DNA of 64,000 bases from a virus. The stretch covers positions 32,001 to 96,000 of the IMG/VR virus record IMGVR_UViG_3300047557_002769; one strand, given 5' to 3'. This document shows positions 9,852 through 19,133 of this stretch, piece after piece (the stretch's first letter is position 1; each line of letters begins with the position of its first letter). The notes below the pieces were generated by a model. It ran no database searches and was not told where the DNA came from. It saw only the letters and a program-made list of their open reading frames with translations. A program made the position numbers and the translations under genes.

Positions 9852-12548
9852 ATGAAAAAGAACGACAGCTTTGGTAGATTACTAGAAGAATTAAAAAAAC
9901 AGAATGAAAGAAGCTTTCTGCTTCAAGCTATTCAGACTAAAGCTGAACGTGAAATCGCAGGTGAAGACAATGATAAGAGAGAAGAGCAGCTGCAGTCGGT
10001 AGCGGATTCTTTGGAAAAGATTTATAAAGCAGTATCACCTGATAGTGTAGTTTTAGGTATAAACAAGCTCGTTGATCTGAATTCCAACACTAATGAACTT
10101 CTTACCAAATCACTATCAGAGCTTTCCTTAATTAGAAAGATAAATGAAGGTTCGCTTGAATATGATAAGAATAGTGCTCAGTATAGAAACACCAGCGGGC
10201 GAGAATTAACTAGTAAAGTTTCTGGTAAACCTGTAAAGCCTGGTGGGTATGTAGATTTTGAAACAGCCTCTGATCGCTTATCAGGTCAGGCTAAACGGGT
10301 TCAATCAAATCCAGACAACCAGCTCAAGCTTAAAACCATTGAGCGCATTTTTACCCAAGCATCCCCTTCTAATACTAAACAACCAGTTACAGGGGGTGAG
10401 GTACTTAAAACAAAACTTAGTATACCCACATTAAAACAAAGCGATAAGACCTTTACTGAAAAGCTTAAAGAAGAAGTAGCAGCTACTAAGAGTATTTTTA
10501 GTTCTGCAGGTAAGGGTATATCTACTGCATTTAGTGTTGGTAAAGGGTTGCTTACATCTCCAAAAGAAACCTTTGGTAAAGGGGTTGAGAAGGTAAAGGC
10601 AGCAGGTTCCTCTGTTAAAGATATAATCACCACTAAATCTGATTACTCTGCTGAACAAGGTAGGTTTAAGCAACGAGCAGAAGAATTAGGTATAAAAGAC
10701 GGTGATAAACTATTTAATGATATTCTAGCGCGTAAAGAAAAAAGCGCTGCCGTAGAAAAGCAAAAGCCTATAGATGATTTATTAAAAAATAAAACTAAAG
10801 AAAAAGTTACTGAGCCTGCAGTAACACCTGTAAGTGATAAGAACGAAGAAAATGATAATTTTACTTCAGCACAAGAAGTTATAGCTGATAAAGCTAAAGA
10901 AAGCACAGATCTTACAAAAGAGATTCTTGATGTACAAAAAGAACAGTTAAAAGAATTAAAGATTATTAGTGGCTCTTTTGTATCAAAAACACCTTCAGAA
11001 CTTCCAGAGCAAAAAGTATCTACAGTATCGAAAAAAGAAGAACCAAGCGGGGATGAAGGCGGGGGTTTCAGTCCGTTAGATTTACTACCTGGCAAGGGGG
11101 CTTTAAAAGCATTAGGCCGCGGTGCCAGAGCAGTAGGTAGGGGTGCGCTTTCTGCAGGTAAAGGCTTACTTAAGTTTACAGGTTCAAGAGCGGGTATGAT
11201 TGCCGGCGGCGCGTTAGCTATTGGTGCTGGTGCATATACAGCCTATAAAGGTTATACCGGTGCAAGCGAAGAAGAAAAAGCCGGTCTAGAAGAAATAGAT
11301 GCTAAAGTAAAAGCAGGCGAATTAACCCCTGAAGAAGCGGAAGCACAAAAGAAGCAGCTGGGTGAAGCCACTGTTGAGAAAAAAGGCGGTGCTATCGGCG
11401 AAGGCGGCGGCATGGCTGCCGGAGCTATTGGTGGTATGAAAGCTGGTGCTGCAATTGGTACAATGTTAGGAGGACCAATAGGTACTGGCATAGGTGCGCT
11501 GGCAGGTGGAGCGCTAGGAGCATTTGCTGGCTCTAAAGCTGGTAAAGTCGTAGGTGAATATGGTGGTAAAGCTGTAAATGCTACCAAAAATTTCTTCGGA
11601 GGCGTAGGTGATAAGATTAAAGGTGCTTTTGGTGAGGTAGAGGATTCCTATAACCGTGGTACCGCAGGCACTGAAGCATTTCAAAATAAAGAAGAAGAAA
11701 TTGCACGTCGACAGCAAGCTGAAGGTGTTGAGTTTGGTTCTGAACGAGCTAATCAAATACGTAAAGAAGTTACCGCTGAAATATCAGCCGCTGACCCCAC
11801 AGCTAATCGTTTGGCTGATAGAGCCGTATCTGTAAATAAGCAAAGCACCAGTTCTGAAAAATCCCAGGGGGGTATGGTAACTAGCACATCTGCTTTTAAT
11901 AAAGGCATTACAGCAAATAAAACTTTATTTGGGAGTGAATTTCTTGGTAGTTTAGTAAGTAAAAAAGGTCTAGAGACCGGATCATTTTTAGGTATGGGTG
12001 AAAAGAGTAGATCTGTTGACTCTTCAACTGACTCAATGATGTCTTCTGATGACAATAGAACCACGACTTCTTCTAACTTACTTGGTAAAAGAGTATCCGG
12101 TGGGTTGTTTGGTAAAGACAAGTTCACTATTTCTGATAGCTCAGGTGAAGAAACTAGTGTGAGTAAGAGTCAGTATAATAAAATTCAGGCTCTTATTAAA
12201 GATAACAAGATGGAAGAAGCTCAAAAAGAGCTTAATACAATACGTGAAAACTCTAAGAAACTAGCCGGCGCTGAGGCTCTAATATCACCAGAAGAAAGTC
12301 TCACTCCCATAAGCGTAGTTCCGAGCTCTCGTACCAGTAGGGGTACTGATTTGATGCAGGCGTCAATCGAAAATAAGGATCTAAATAGAGAAGCTTCTAC
12401 TCAAAGCGCAAGCGTACAACCTATTGTATCTAATAACGTCAGCAATAACAATAAGACTGTTTATAACGCACCTAAACCATCTCCAAGAAACTCTGAATAT
12501 GATGGCAGTCCATTACGGGATTATCAGAGAAGAGCAATGGTATTCTAA
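9852..12548 (+). CDS. Tape measure / gp29-like protein
   Basis: 898 aa, helical with Gly/Ala-rich hydrophobic segments, directly after gp26/gp51. Confidence 0.7.
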   Translation: MKKNDSFGRLLEELKKQNERSFLLQAIQTKAEREIAGEDNDKREEQLQSVADSLEKIYKAVSPDSVVLGINKLVDLNSNTNELLTKSLSELSLIRKINEGSLEYDKNSAQYRNTSGRELTSKVSGKPVKPGGYVDFETASDRLSGQAKRVQSNPDNQLKLKTIERIFTQASPSNTKQPVTGGEVLKTKLSIPTLKQSDKTFTEKLKEEVAATKSIFSSAGKGISTAFSVGKGLLTSPKETFGKGVEKVKAAGSSVKDIITTKSDYSAEQGRFKQRAEELGIKDGDKLFNDILARKEKSAAVEKQKPIDDLLKNKTKEKVTEPAVTPVSDKNEENDNFTSAQEVIADKAKESTDLTKEILDVQKEQLKELKIISGSFVSKTPSELPEQKVSTVSKKEEPSGDEGGGFSPLDLLPGKGALKALGRGARAVGRGALSAGKGLLKFTGSRAGMIAGGALAIGAGAYTAYKGYTGASEEEKAGLEEIDAKVKAGELTPEEAEAQKKQLGEATVEKKGGAIGEGGGMAAGAIGGMKAGAAIGTMLGGPIGTGIGALAGGALGAFAGSKAGKVVGEYGGKAVNATKNFFGGVGDKIKGAFGEVEDSYNRGTAGTEAFQNKEEEIARRQQAEGVEFGSERANQIRKEVTAEISAADPTANRLADRAVSVNKQSTSSEKSQGGMVTSTSAFNKGITANKTLFGSEFLGSLVSKKGLETGSFLGMGEKSRSVDSSTDSMMSSDDNRTTTSSNLLGKRVSGGLFGKDKFTISDSSGEETSVSKSQYNKIQALIKDNKMEEAQKELNTIRENSKKLAGAEALISPEESLTPISVVPSSRTSRGTDLMQASIENKDLNREASTQSASVQPIVSNNVSNNNKTVYNAPKPSPRNSEYDGSPLRDYQRRAMVF

Positions 12549-12552
12549 AAAG

Positions 12553-12576
12553 AAAAGGGCCCTAGGGCCCTTTTTT
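12553..12576. terminator. Bidirectional intrinsic terminator
   Basis: AAAAGGGCCCTAGGGCCCTTTTTT between convergent genes. Confidence 0.85.
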
Positions 12577-12592
12577 ATTGCTGTGCTAGAAA

Positions 12593-12757
12593 TTACTTCT
12601 TAGCAGGTTCAGCTTTCTTTTCTTCTTTCTTAGCAGCAGGCTTTGCTTCTTCCTTCTTAGCAGGAGCAGCTGCGGGAGCAGGCGCAGGCGCAGGGGTGGT
12701 AGCAGCGAAAGCAGCCGTAGCGAAAAGAGTTGCGAAAATGGTAGTAATAGTTTTCAT
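12593..12757 (-). CDS. Small secreted Ala/Pro/Lys-rich protein (54 aa), not in ORF track
   Basis: MKTITTIFATLFATAAFAATTPAPAPAPAAAPAKKEEAKPAAKKEEKKAEPAKK; AGGAG RBS; signal peptide with AFA site. Confidence 0.8.
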   Translation of the reverse strand: MKTITTIFATLFATAAFAATTPAPAPAPAAAPAKKEEAKPAAKKEEKKAEPAKK

Positions 12758-12858
12758 AAAGTTCTCCTAATTAATTAAAAATACAATTAGTTCGCCATCG
12801 TTCCAGGGCCTAAGTTACTAAGGTAACGAGTACCCTGGATTAGACTAGGACTACCTAA

Positions 12859-13779
12859 TTAGTCATCATTGGCCAACTTAGCAAAGTAGGACAAGGATTC
12901 TTCGTCATCGTCAAGATCAGTTTCTTGACGTTTTGCAGCAGGCTTAGCAGCTGCTGGTTTAGCAGAAGCAGCAAATCGCTTATCTTCATCTTCATCCAGA
13001 CTCACTGCATCAGCACGAGGCGCGGTTGAACCTTTCGCTGAAAGAACCATTTCTAGCTTAGCTTTGAGTTCTTCGTACGACTTAAAGTTCTTAGGATCCA
13101 GAAACTCTTGTAGCGAGTGTTGCTTACCCCAGATCTCTTCCAGCTTATCATCGTCGTTAGACAATGCAGAAGGAGCTTCAAACTCAGACTTATCGTAGTT
13201 ACGATAACCTTCAACATTACGAATCTTCAGCTTGAAGTTAGCACCCTTCCAGAAGTCGAAAGGGTTAACAGGATCTTCGTCCTCAAACTGAGGCTGCATA
13301 ACGTCTTTGATCTTATCGAAGATCTTCTTTCCGAACTTATACAGGAAGACCTGACCTTCATTCTCAGGATGAGCAGGATCTTTAACGACGTAGATATTAG
13401 CCGTGTATGTCAGACGGCGCTTTTGCTTGCGAACGATTTCTTTATTCGCTTCAACCCCGGTATTCCAAAGCTCAGTATTGAGTTCAGAAACAGGATCGGC
13501 TTTCCCTAGAGTGGTAAGAGAATTCTCGATATACCACTTGCCTGTAGGTCCTTGGAATCCATGATCCCAAATACGAACCCAAGGAAGGTCTTCACCTTTA
13601 GGAGGAGGGAGGAATCGGATGACTGCGTAACCGTTACCGGCTTTATCTACTTCTGGCTTCCAGAAGCGATCATCCTTAGAAGATTCTTGTTCTTGCGGCT
13701 TAGAAATCTTTTCGACTTCCTTCATAAGGTTATCGAAAGAACCGCGGCTCTTCTTAAGAGCAGAAAAATCGAATGCCAT
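12859..13779 (-). CDS. gp32: Single-stranded DNA-binding protein gp32
   Basis: DDRFWKPEVDKAGNGYAVIRFLP..FDFWKGANFKLK, acidic tail. Confidence 0.96.
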   Translation of the reverse strand: MAFDFSALKKSRGSFDNLMKEVEKISKPQEQESSKDDRFWKPEVDKAGNGYAVIRFLPPPKGEDLPWVRIWDHGFQGPTGKWYIENSLTTLGKADPVSELNTELWNTGVEANKEIVRKQKRRLTYTANIYVVKDPAHPENEGQVFLYKFGKKIFDKIKDVMQPQFEDEDPVNPFDFWKGANFKLKIRNVEGYRNYDKSEFEAPSALSNDDDKLEEIWGKQHSLQEFLDPKNFKSYEELKAKLEMVLSAKGSTAPRADAVSLDEDEDKRFAASAKPAAAKPAAKRQETDLDDDEESLSYFAKLANDD

Positions 13780-13823
13780 ATTAATTCTCCGTATGTGCGT
13801 TGTATGAAAGTTTAAGCGTTGTA

Positions 13824-14018
13824 TTATCGACGTTTATCATAACTAAAGTTACCAACATAATTATGACTCATGTCGTCCTCATCGCTATCAGAATACTCTT
13901 CTTCGTACTCTGATAACATATTATATAGGCTTTTGCGATGTTTGCCAGACTTATCGGTACCTTTTTCGACTCTTTTTAATTTTTTATCCTGGTCCCATTC
14001 TGTATTGTTACGTTTCAT
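13824..14018 (-). CDS. Hypothetical protein
   Basis: ORF track; packed in operon. Confidence 0.6.
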   Translation of the reverse strand: MKRNNTEWDQDKKLKRVEKGTDKSGKHRKSLYNMLSEYEEEYSDSDEDDMSHNYVGNFSYDKRR

Positions 14019-14026
14019 TTTCTAAG

Positions 14027-14143
14027 TTACTTACCTCTGAAAATATTTTTTACCTTTTCCTTTAGCATTACCGCCCAATTAGGTTGCGGAATATGCCACC
14101 CAATAAATGCACCGACCAAAATCCAGAATAATGTTTCGAGCAT
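14027..14143 (-). CDS. Small membrane protein (38 aa), not in ORF track
   Basis: MLETLFWILVGAFIGWHIPQPNWAVMLKEKVKNIFRGK fills the gap between neighbours. Confidence 0.65.
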   Translation of the reverse strand: MLETLFWILVGAFIGWHIPQPNWAVMLKEKVKNIFRGK

Positions 14144-14144
14144 T

Positions 14145-14366
14145 TTATTCCCCTTCGTCCTTATAAGGCACTGCAATGTACGGCCATTGAGAGACACGTT
14201 TTGTTATTTCAGACTGATTCTTAGCAAGTTTCATGATGAAGTACTGCGTCTGTTTAATTTCTTCAGCTAGCGTAGTAAGATTATCTTGAATAATACTTAT
14301 GTTTTTCTCAATTTCCGTAATTCTATTTTTCGTCAAGTCCAGTTGCTCGTCGTAATATTCTGCCAT
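14145..14366 (-). CDS. Hypothetical coiled-coil protein
   Basis: ORF track. Confidence 0.6.
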   Translation of the reverse strand: MAEYYDEQLDLTKNRITEIEKNISIIQDNLTTLAEEIKQTQYFIMKLAKNQSEITKRVSQWPYIAVPYKDEGE

Positions 14367-14970
14367 ATTTTTCTTTAGAGAAAGTAAGAAAAGGTTCGTA
14401 TTTTTTAATAATACGAGATAAATCAGGCCAGACTAAATCACCAGTAAGAGAGTTATCTAGGTCTGGGACAAAGTTGAGTAACTTATTGAGTATGACCAGA
14501 GTCTCAATAGACACATCACCTCTCAGGTACATCTTGATTATATATGGATGCTGAGAGTTTACGGTATGCAGCGCATCGCTGAAGTCGATATCTTTTTTAA
14601 GGCAGAATGTATTAACTCTACTAACTTCTTTTTCGAACGTATAGCTCATTGACTCAATACGTTTCTTCCAGGATAGATATCTTTCTTTAGCTTCGGTATC
14701 AAAAACACCACCCCATCTATCTCCAGACGTAAAGTTAGCAACCAGAAAGTCAACAATTTCTTTTTCTGAGTAAGACTCAGCTACCTTTTTAATTGCGAAA
14801 AGATCTGTCCGTTTATGAAAGGCCTGCCGCGAGGCTTTAACTCTTCCCTGTTGTTTAATAACGTCGTATTTTTCAGTTGTAAAATGAAGTCTCAAAGCGA
14901 GGTAGTAACGATATACCTCGAACGCATAATCCATATCATTATCCTTTGGTGTTTTGTCCATACAAAACAA
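14323..14970 (-). CDS. gp59: Helicase loader gp59 (true start may be an internal Met)
   Basis: YLALRLHFTTEKYD..WKKRIES..SIETLVIL; next to gp33 and gp32. Confidence 0.88.
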   Translation of the reverse strand: MFCMDKTPKDNDMDYAFEVYRYYLALRLHFTTEKYDVIKQQGRVKASRQAFHKRTDLFAIKKVAESYSEKEIVDFLVANFTSGDRWGGVFDTEAKERYLSWKKRIESMSYTFEKEVSRVNTFCLKKDIDFSDALHTVNSQHPYIIKMYLRGDVSIETLVILNKLLNFVPDLDNSLTGDLVWPDLSRIIKKYEPFLTFSKEKYGRILRRATGLDEK

Positions 14971-15240
14971 TTAAAACGGTAGATGTCCTCTCGGCTTCAT
15001 CAAGTTAGCTTGTTCAGCTTCTACTTGAATTTTCTCTTTAAGTTTACTGTTTACAAGCGAACCGATTGCCTCGATATCAATATCAACCTCGTTACAATAG
15101 TTGATAATAGCCTCCATGTAGCTTATTTTGTACTTTACGACCATTTCGTCAATAAAGATAGAAAATTCATTGGGTGACCGAAAGCGCTTGGTAATAACAA
15201 ACGTATCGGTAAGAGTTCTAACATCAGTTTCGTCAATCAT
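14971..15240 (-). CDS. gp33: Late transcription coactivator gp33
   Basis: SYMEAIINYC..LKEKIQVEA. Confidence 0.85.
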   Translation of the reverse strand: MIDETDVRTLTDTFVITKRFRSPNEFSIFIDEMVVKYKISYMEAIINYCNEVDIDIEAIGSLVNSKLKEKIQVEAEQANLMKPRGHLPF

Positions 15241-15557
15241 AGAAAGAAGATAAGTCCTAGTAGTACTGCCTGAATGGCAAATCCCACACCAATAGTAACT
15301 ACCATCAGCATGTCTTTAAGTATAGTCGATCTAATGAAGTAAAGCAATAGACCGGCCCATAAGAGTAGCGTCATATCTAGGGAAGGTAACTTATCCGACA
15401 AACCAGCTTTAACTGCAAGAAGGCTAGGGATAGTTGCACAGTTCATTACAATAATGGACAGCCAGGCAAATGTATCGGCTGTACCTTGAGATAGACCAGA
15501 AAGAGAGTTACTGGCCGACTGTTTTACAGAATTAAGAACTTCAGTAAATTTAATCAA
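15237..15557 (-). CDS. Hypothetical membrane protein
   Basis: Three hydrophobic segments. Confidence 0.6.
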   Translation of the reverse strand: MIKFTEVLNSVKQSASNSLSGLSQGTADTFAWLSIIVMNCATIPSLLAVKAGLSDKLPSLDMTLLLWAGLLLYFIRSTILKDMLMVVTIGVGFAIQAVLLGLIFFL

Positions 15558-16090
15558 GATTTTTCTCCATAAAAAATATGACGACCAATTTTAGTAATAC
15601 GAGGTAGATTCCAGTTAGGGTTTACATAGTCGGCGTGGTAATACATTGCACCATGTAATGAGGGAAGTCTGAAGTTCTCCAGTAGTACCTTCTTTGCTAC
15701 TTCTTCCGATTCAATAAACTCTTTAGAACGTTTTGCTACCTTAGGACCTGGTTCGCAATACCAGGAAAATTGACAGATGACTCTATCGTAAATTTTTGTC
15801 TTTTGAAATACTACATCACAAATATCATCTGGAAATTTACCTGAGTTAGCACGATTAATAGTAACCTGCGCAACTGCTACTTTACCTTCAAATGGCTCTG
15901 TTGCAGCTTCGTAGTAGATGTTTTTAGAAAGACATCCAAGTTGCTTTTCTCTCTCAGCCATAGTAATATATTTTTGATTGTATTCTACGGTTTTAAGATT
16001 TTCAATCTTAAAATGTGTAATGTAATATACCCCATAGCCAATAGCAATCATGGACAATAGACGTACTATCCAAGTGATTAACTTAGACAT
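15554..16090 (-). CDS. SleB-like cell wall hydrolase (Hydrolase_2) with N-terminal anchor
   Basis: NIYYEA..GKVAVAQVTINR..CQFSW..YHADYVNP..IGRHIFY. Confidence 0.88.
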   Translation of the reverse strand: MSKLITWIVRLLSMIAIGYGVYYITHFKIENLKTVEYNQKYITMAEREKQLGCLSKNIYYEAATEPFEGKVAVAQVTINRANSGKFPDDICDVVFQKTKIYDRVICQFSWYCEPGPKVAKRSKEFIESEEVAKKVLLENFRLPSLHGAMYYHADYVNPNWNLPRITKIGRHIFYGEKS

Positions 16091-16113
16091 TTGATCTCCT
16101 TTAAAAGGCTAAA

Positions 16114-16458
16114 TTAGCCGTTGTAGACTTTGGCTAATCCTTCAGCCACTAAAAGTTCGCTAACAGATGGCTTATCTGGGCTCAGATAGATATCTGCTAG
16201 CCAACGACCGTACTTATCTGTCTTATGAGACTTAAGTAACACAGGCTTGTTTAATACAAGCTCGGTCAAACGCTGCTTTGCAGCCCTTGCGGATTCTCTT
16301 AGTTGAACGTTAGGGTCATTCATCTCTTCCGTATCAATGCCCTTAAGACGGAAACGTACGTTAACAGAAACAGTAAAGCCAAGCTGCACTGTTGCATCAA
16401 CGGTATCACCGTCTACTACGTTTGTGACTGTTGCGTTGTAGATGTATTGTTGTTTCAT
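16114..16458 (-). CDS. Thermonuclease (SNase-like)
   Basis: VVDGDTVD..RLKGIDTEE..DKYGRWLA. Confidence 0.88.
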   Translation of the reverse strand: MKQQYIYNATVTNVVDGDTVDATVQLGFTVSVNVRFRLKGIDTEEMNDPNVQLRESARAAKQRLTELVLNKPVLLKSHKTDKYGRWLADIYLSPDKPSVSELLVAEGLAKVYNG

Positions 16459-16467
16459 AATAGTTAG

Positions 16468-16780
16468 CGCTGGTTGATTCTGTTTCCAAGTTCAACCAGC
16501 AAAACTCAGATGGCTTAAGCAGCCATCAAGAATTGCTCATCGTTTGCAATTACTCTTTTTGCTTCTACGGCCGGGAATTCCCAACCCTAACGGCTTTCGC
16601 ATTGCCGGATCGTCCATCTTACTACTCTTTACCCTGTCGAAACCAGTGCATCCCCATCAAAAGCACATCTAATTCCTCACCTTGTGGCGTCTCATATTTC
16701 GGAGCCGAGCCTGATATGCTTTTGGTGGAGATGGCGGGAGTCGAACCCGCGTCCAGAACACTTTTCGTTTAACTTCATAC
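16468..16780 (-). ncRNA. ssrA: Circularly permuted two-piece tmRNA; tag ANDEQFLMAA*
   Basis: Acceptor piece ending GGACGCGGGTTCGACTCCCGCCATCTCCACCA (3' end 16723) lies upstream of the tRNA-like 5' end GGGGATGCACTGGTTTCGAC (16655); G3-U pair; tag frame 16547-16515; outer ends approximate. Confidence 0.92.
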
Positions 16781-16782
16781 GA

Positions 16783-17364
16783 TCATACAGTCAGAAGTAA
16801 GTAACCTTCTTGATTATAGAACTTACTGACCTGGTAATTATATTTATCTAAGAAGGATAAATCAAGCCCAAAACGGTTACGTTCCGCCCAATTACCACCT
16901 TCAAATGGACCATCTTCGTAAATTCTCAAATCGTCACAAATAATGACGTCCTTTTTACCTGATCGATGTTTACTAATGATCTCGATCTCTTCCTCGAGTG
17001 GAAAATTAAGATCTGAATCCATGATTACGTTTCCGTTATTCTTATCATGTTCCGGTAGATGTGCATCTAGATAGAACACGATTGATTCTTCATCGCTAAG
17101 AATAGGTAGTAATACGTTAAGATAATCTATAGAATTATTATGATAGATAGTAACTTTTGACGAATCAAACTTACTTCTACAAAGATTAACCATCTCAATA
17201 TCAACATCACAGCTGAATAAATGATTGAAATCGAATTCAGCTAAAGCATAGCTCAACGAATTACCTCTAAAGCAACCGGTTTCTACAAACATCGTTGAAC
17301 CATTAAGCTTTTTAAGGTACTTTATCTTTTCACAACGTTCATTAAAGTTAATCAATGATCCCAT
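16783..17364 (-). CDS. Class I SAM-dependent methyltransferase-like protein
   Basis: FVETGCFRGNS motif I, FYLDAH, ICDD. Confidence 0.65.
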   Translation of the reverse strand: MGSLINFNERCEKIKYLKKLNGSTMFVETGCFRGNSLSYALAEFDFNHLFSCDVDIEMVNLCRSKFDSSKVTIYHNNSIDYLNVLLPILSDEESIVFYLDAHLPEHDKNNGNVIMDSDLNFPLEEEIEIISKHRSGKKDVIICDDLRIYEDGPFEGGNWAERNRFGLDLSFLDKYNYQVSKFYNQEGYLLLTV

Positions 17365-17375
17365 TTCTCATCCCT

Positions 17376-17416
17376 CCACATATGCATTTTACAGTCAAGG
17401 CAATATAAAATCAATG
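17376..17416 (-). promoter_or_regulatory. sigma70-type promoter TTGATT-N17-TAAAAT (copy 1 of 41-bp repeat)
   Basis: Directly upstream of the methyltransferase-tmRNA-SNase genes. Confidence 0.6.
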
Positions 17417-17417
17417 G

Positions 17418-17747
17418 TTAAACTGGCTTACCTAAGTTTAATTTACCGAAACCCGTTGATATGATGCAAGCAACACCTGTATCCTTGAGTAGCATTACAG
17501 TCGTATAGTCACCGGTCTTTTCATTCAATAATAATATTGTGACCAGATTGTTTGGTTTTTCGTTAGTATGAAAATTGTCTGAGCCAACGAATACTGGTAC
17601 CTCCCCTCCATCCTTAAGATTCTTAAGCAGCTCGGCTGCTGGCATGCACAGGACAGGGAGTGGTACTTGCTTCGGTGAACTAAGTTGAGCTGACGAGGTT
17701 AAACTTAGACTCGTAAAGATCGCGATAGCGAATAAGCTCTTTAACAT
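17418..17747 (-). CDS. Hypothetical exported protein
   Basis: Signal-peptide-like N-terminus. Confidence 0.6.
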   Translation of the reverse strand: MLKSLFAIAIFTSLSLTSSAQLSSPKQVPLPVLCMPAAELLKNLKDGGEVPVFVGSDNFHTNEKPNNLVTILLLNEKTGDYTTVMLLKDTGVACIISTGFGKLNLGKPV

Positions 17748-18351
17748 GGTTGTCTCTCTTTTCTACAAATATTTGAGGGTCGTCATCTTCTACTGCAATT
17801 GCAACAACAATTTGACTTACCGGTATCTCGAATCTCTCCTCAAACATAATAGCGTAAGCAGAGCATTGCATAAAGTAATTACCTATGCTATCTTTGTCTT
17901 TTTGCTTAGATGCTGTCTTAAAGTCAATAATGGATAGTCTTCCATTAAAAAAAGCTACACAGTCGACTGTACCTGCCATCCTTAAATGGTCAGAGTACAT
18001 GCGTATTTCCTGTGCATGTATATTATCGATTTGATGTAAGACGGGTTTAAATTTTGTAAATAGTTCGACTTCTAACGGTGTTTGTAGTTTAGGTGGTGTA
18101 TTGTTAAGGTAATCCTCACATGCTTTATGTAACTTTGTACCTCGAGTAGATGCTCTTCTTGAGATAGCATTAGCCTGCTCATCTCCAACTCTTTTTCTCC
18201 ATTCGAAAATATACTTGCTATTATAAGCGGACAATACAGTAGTCACCGAAGGGTACTTATTGCCCTCCGGTGTAACATAATATCTAGTACCATCCTCATT
18301 TAGCTGCGTAAGCTTTGGTACAGATTTTTCTAATTTTACATGTGTAAACAT
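17680..18351 (-). CDS. PD-(D/E)XK exonuclease
   Basis: YPSVTTVL..RGTKLH..AGTVDCV..IIDFKT..QCSAYA. Confidence 0.88.
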   Translation of the reverse strand: MFTHVKLEKSVPKLTQLNEDGTRYYVTPEGNKYPSVTTVLSAYNSKYIFEWRKRVGDEQANAISRRASTRGTKLHKACEDYLNNTPPKLQTPLEVELFTKFKPVLHQIDNIHAQEIRMYSDHLRMAGTVDCVAFFNGRLSIIDFKTASKQKDKDSIGNYFMQCSAYAIMFEERFEIPVSQIVVAIAVEDDDPQIFVEKRDNHVKELIRYRDLYESKFNLVSST

Positions 18352-19122
18352 TTACTCGGTTGAGTCCTCATATTTTAGCTTAGCAAGAATATAATCTCTA
18401 ACTAAAGAGCTTCTTACAATATCATCTACTTCAAATTCAATTCTAGTAAAAGCATTCATATGATGTGCAATGTCAAAGAACTTTAACAGGCCGGATTTAT
18501 CATTACTCTTTTTAAGATCAGTCTGTCTATAATCACCGCACCAAATAATTTTCGATCGATAACCGACACGAGTCATTACGGTATCAATCTCTTCAAAGTT
18601 CATATTCTGCATCTCATCCACAATAATAATTGCATCGTCAAAACTCATACCCCGAATGAACGATGTAGAAATGAATTCTATATGACCTTGTTCAGAAAGT
18701 CTATCGTATGCGTCTTTCCTGTCGAATAATGTATGACAAATTTGTCTATATGGTTGTTGATAAATTTCTAGCTTCTCGTCTACGTCACCAGGTAGGTGAC
18801 CCATCTCGCGGGACTGTACAGCTGATCTTACTACAATGATTTTATTAAAGGGATTAGTTTTTTCGAGGACTTCCTCTAGTGCTTTATAAAGTGCAATGAA
18901 AGTTTTTCCTGTCCCAGCTACCCCGTGTAATGCGATAAAATAGTCTCCACGTTTATAAGCTTCAAAAAATCTTTTTTGATTTTCCGTTAATGGGTTAAAT
19001 GTTCTTAAATTGTCTAACTTTAATTTTAGTGTGTTGTTTGTGCTTGGTTGTTTTGTATGTGGGCGTTCTTCAGTATTTGTTTCGTTTGTGACAGTGTGTT
19101 TTGCAATTCTTTTGTTAGACAT
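18352..19122 (-). CDS. phoH: PhoH-like ATPase (start reassigned to MSNKRIAK)
   Basis: GVAGTGKT Walker A, GHLPG, RGMSFDD, DEMQN, GDYRQTD; GAGG RBS before 19122. Confidence 0.93.
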   Translation of the reverse strand: MSNKRIAKHTVTNETNTEERPHTKQPSTNNTLKLKLDNLRTFNPLTENQKRFFEAYKRGDYFIALHGVAGTGKTFIALYKALEEVLEKTNPFNKIIVVRSAVQSREMGHLPGDVDEKLEIYQQPYRQICHTLFDRKDAYDRLSEQGHIEFISTSFIRGMSFDDAIIIVDEMQNMNFEEIDTVMTRVGYRSKIIWCGDYRQTDLKKSNDKSGLLKFFDIAHHMNAFTRIEFEVDDIVRSSLVRDYILAKLKYEDSTE

Positions 19123-19133
19123 AATACCTCTAC

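Noticed and set aside
10301-12127. Several minus-strand ORFs inside the tape measure gene
   Set aside because: Antisense shadows of Gly/Ala/Lys-rich coding sequence
16533-16772. 79-aa + strand ORF, and an apparent partial tRNA at 16723-16754
   Set aside because: Both are explained by the permuted tmRNA on the minus strand
17680-18351. Cas4-like nuclease suggesting a CRISPR locus
   Set aside because: Common stand-alone phage exonuclease; no repeat-spacer array or other cas genes seen in the window
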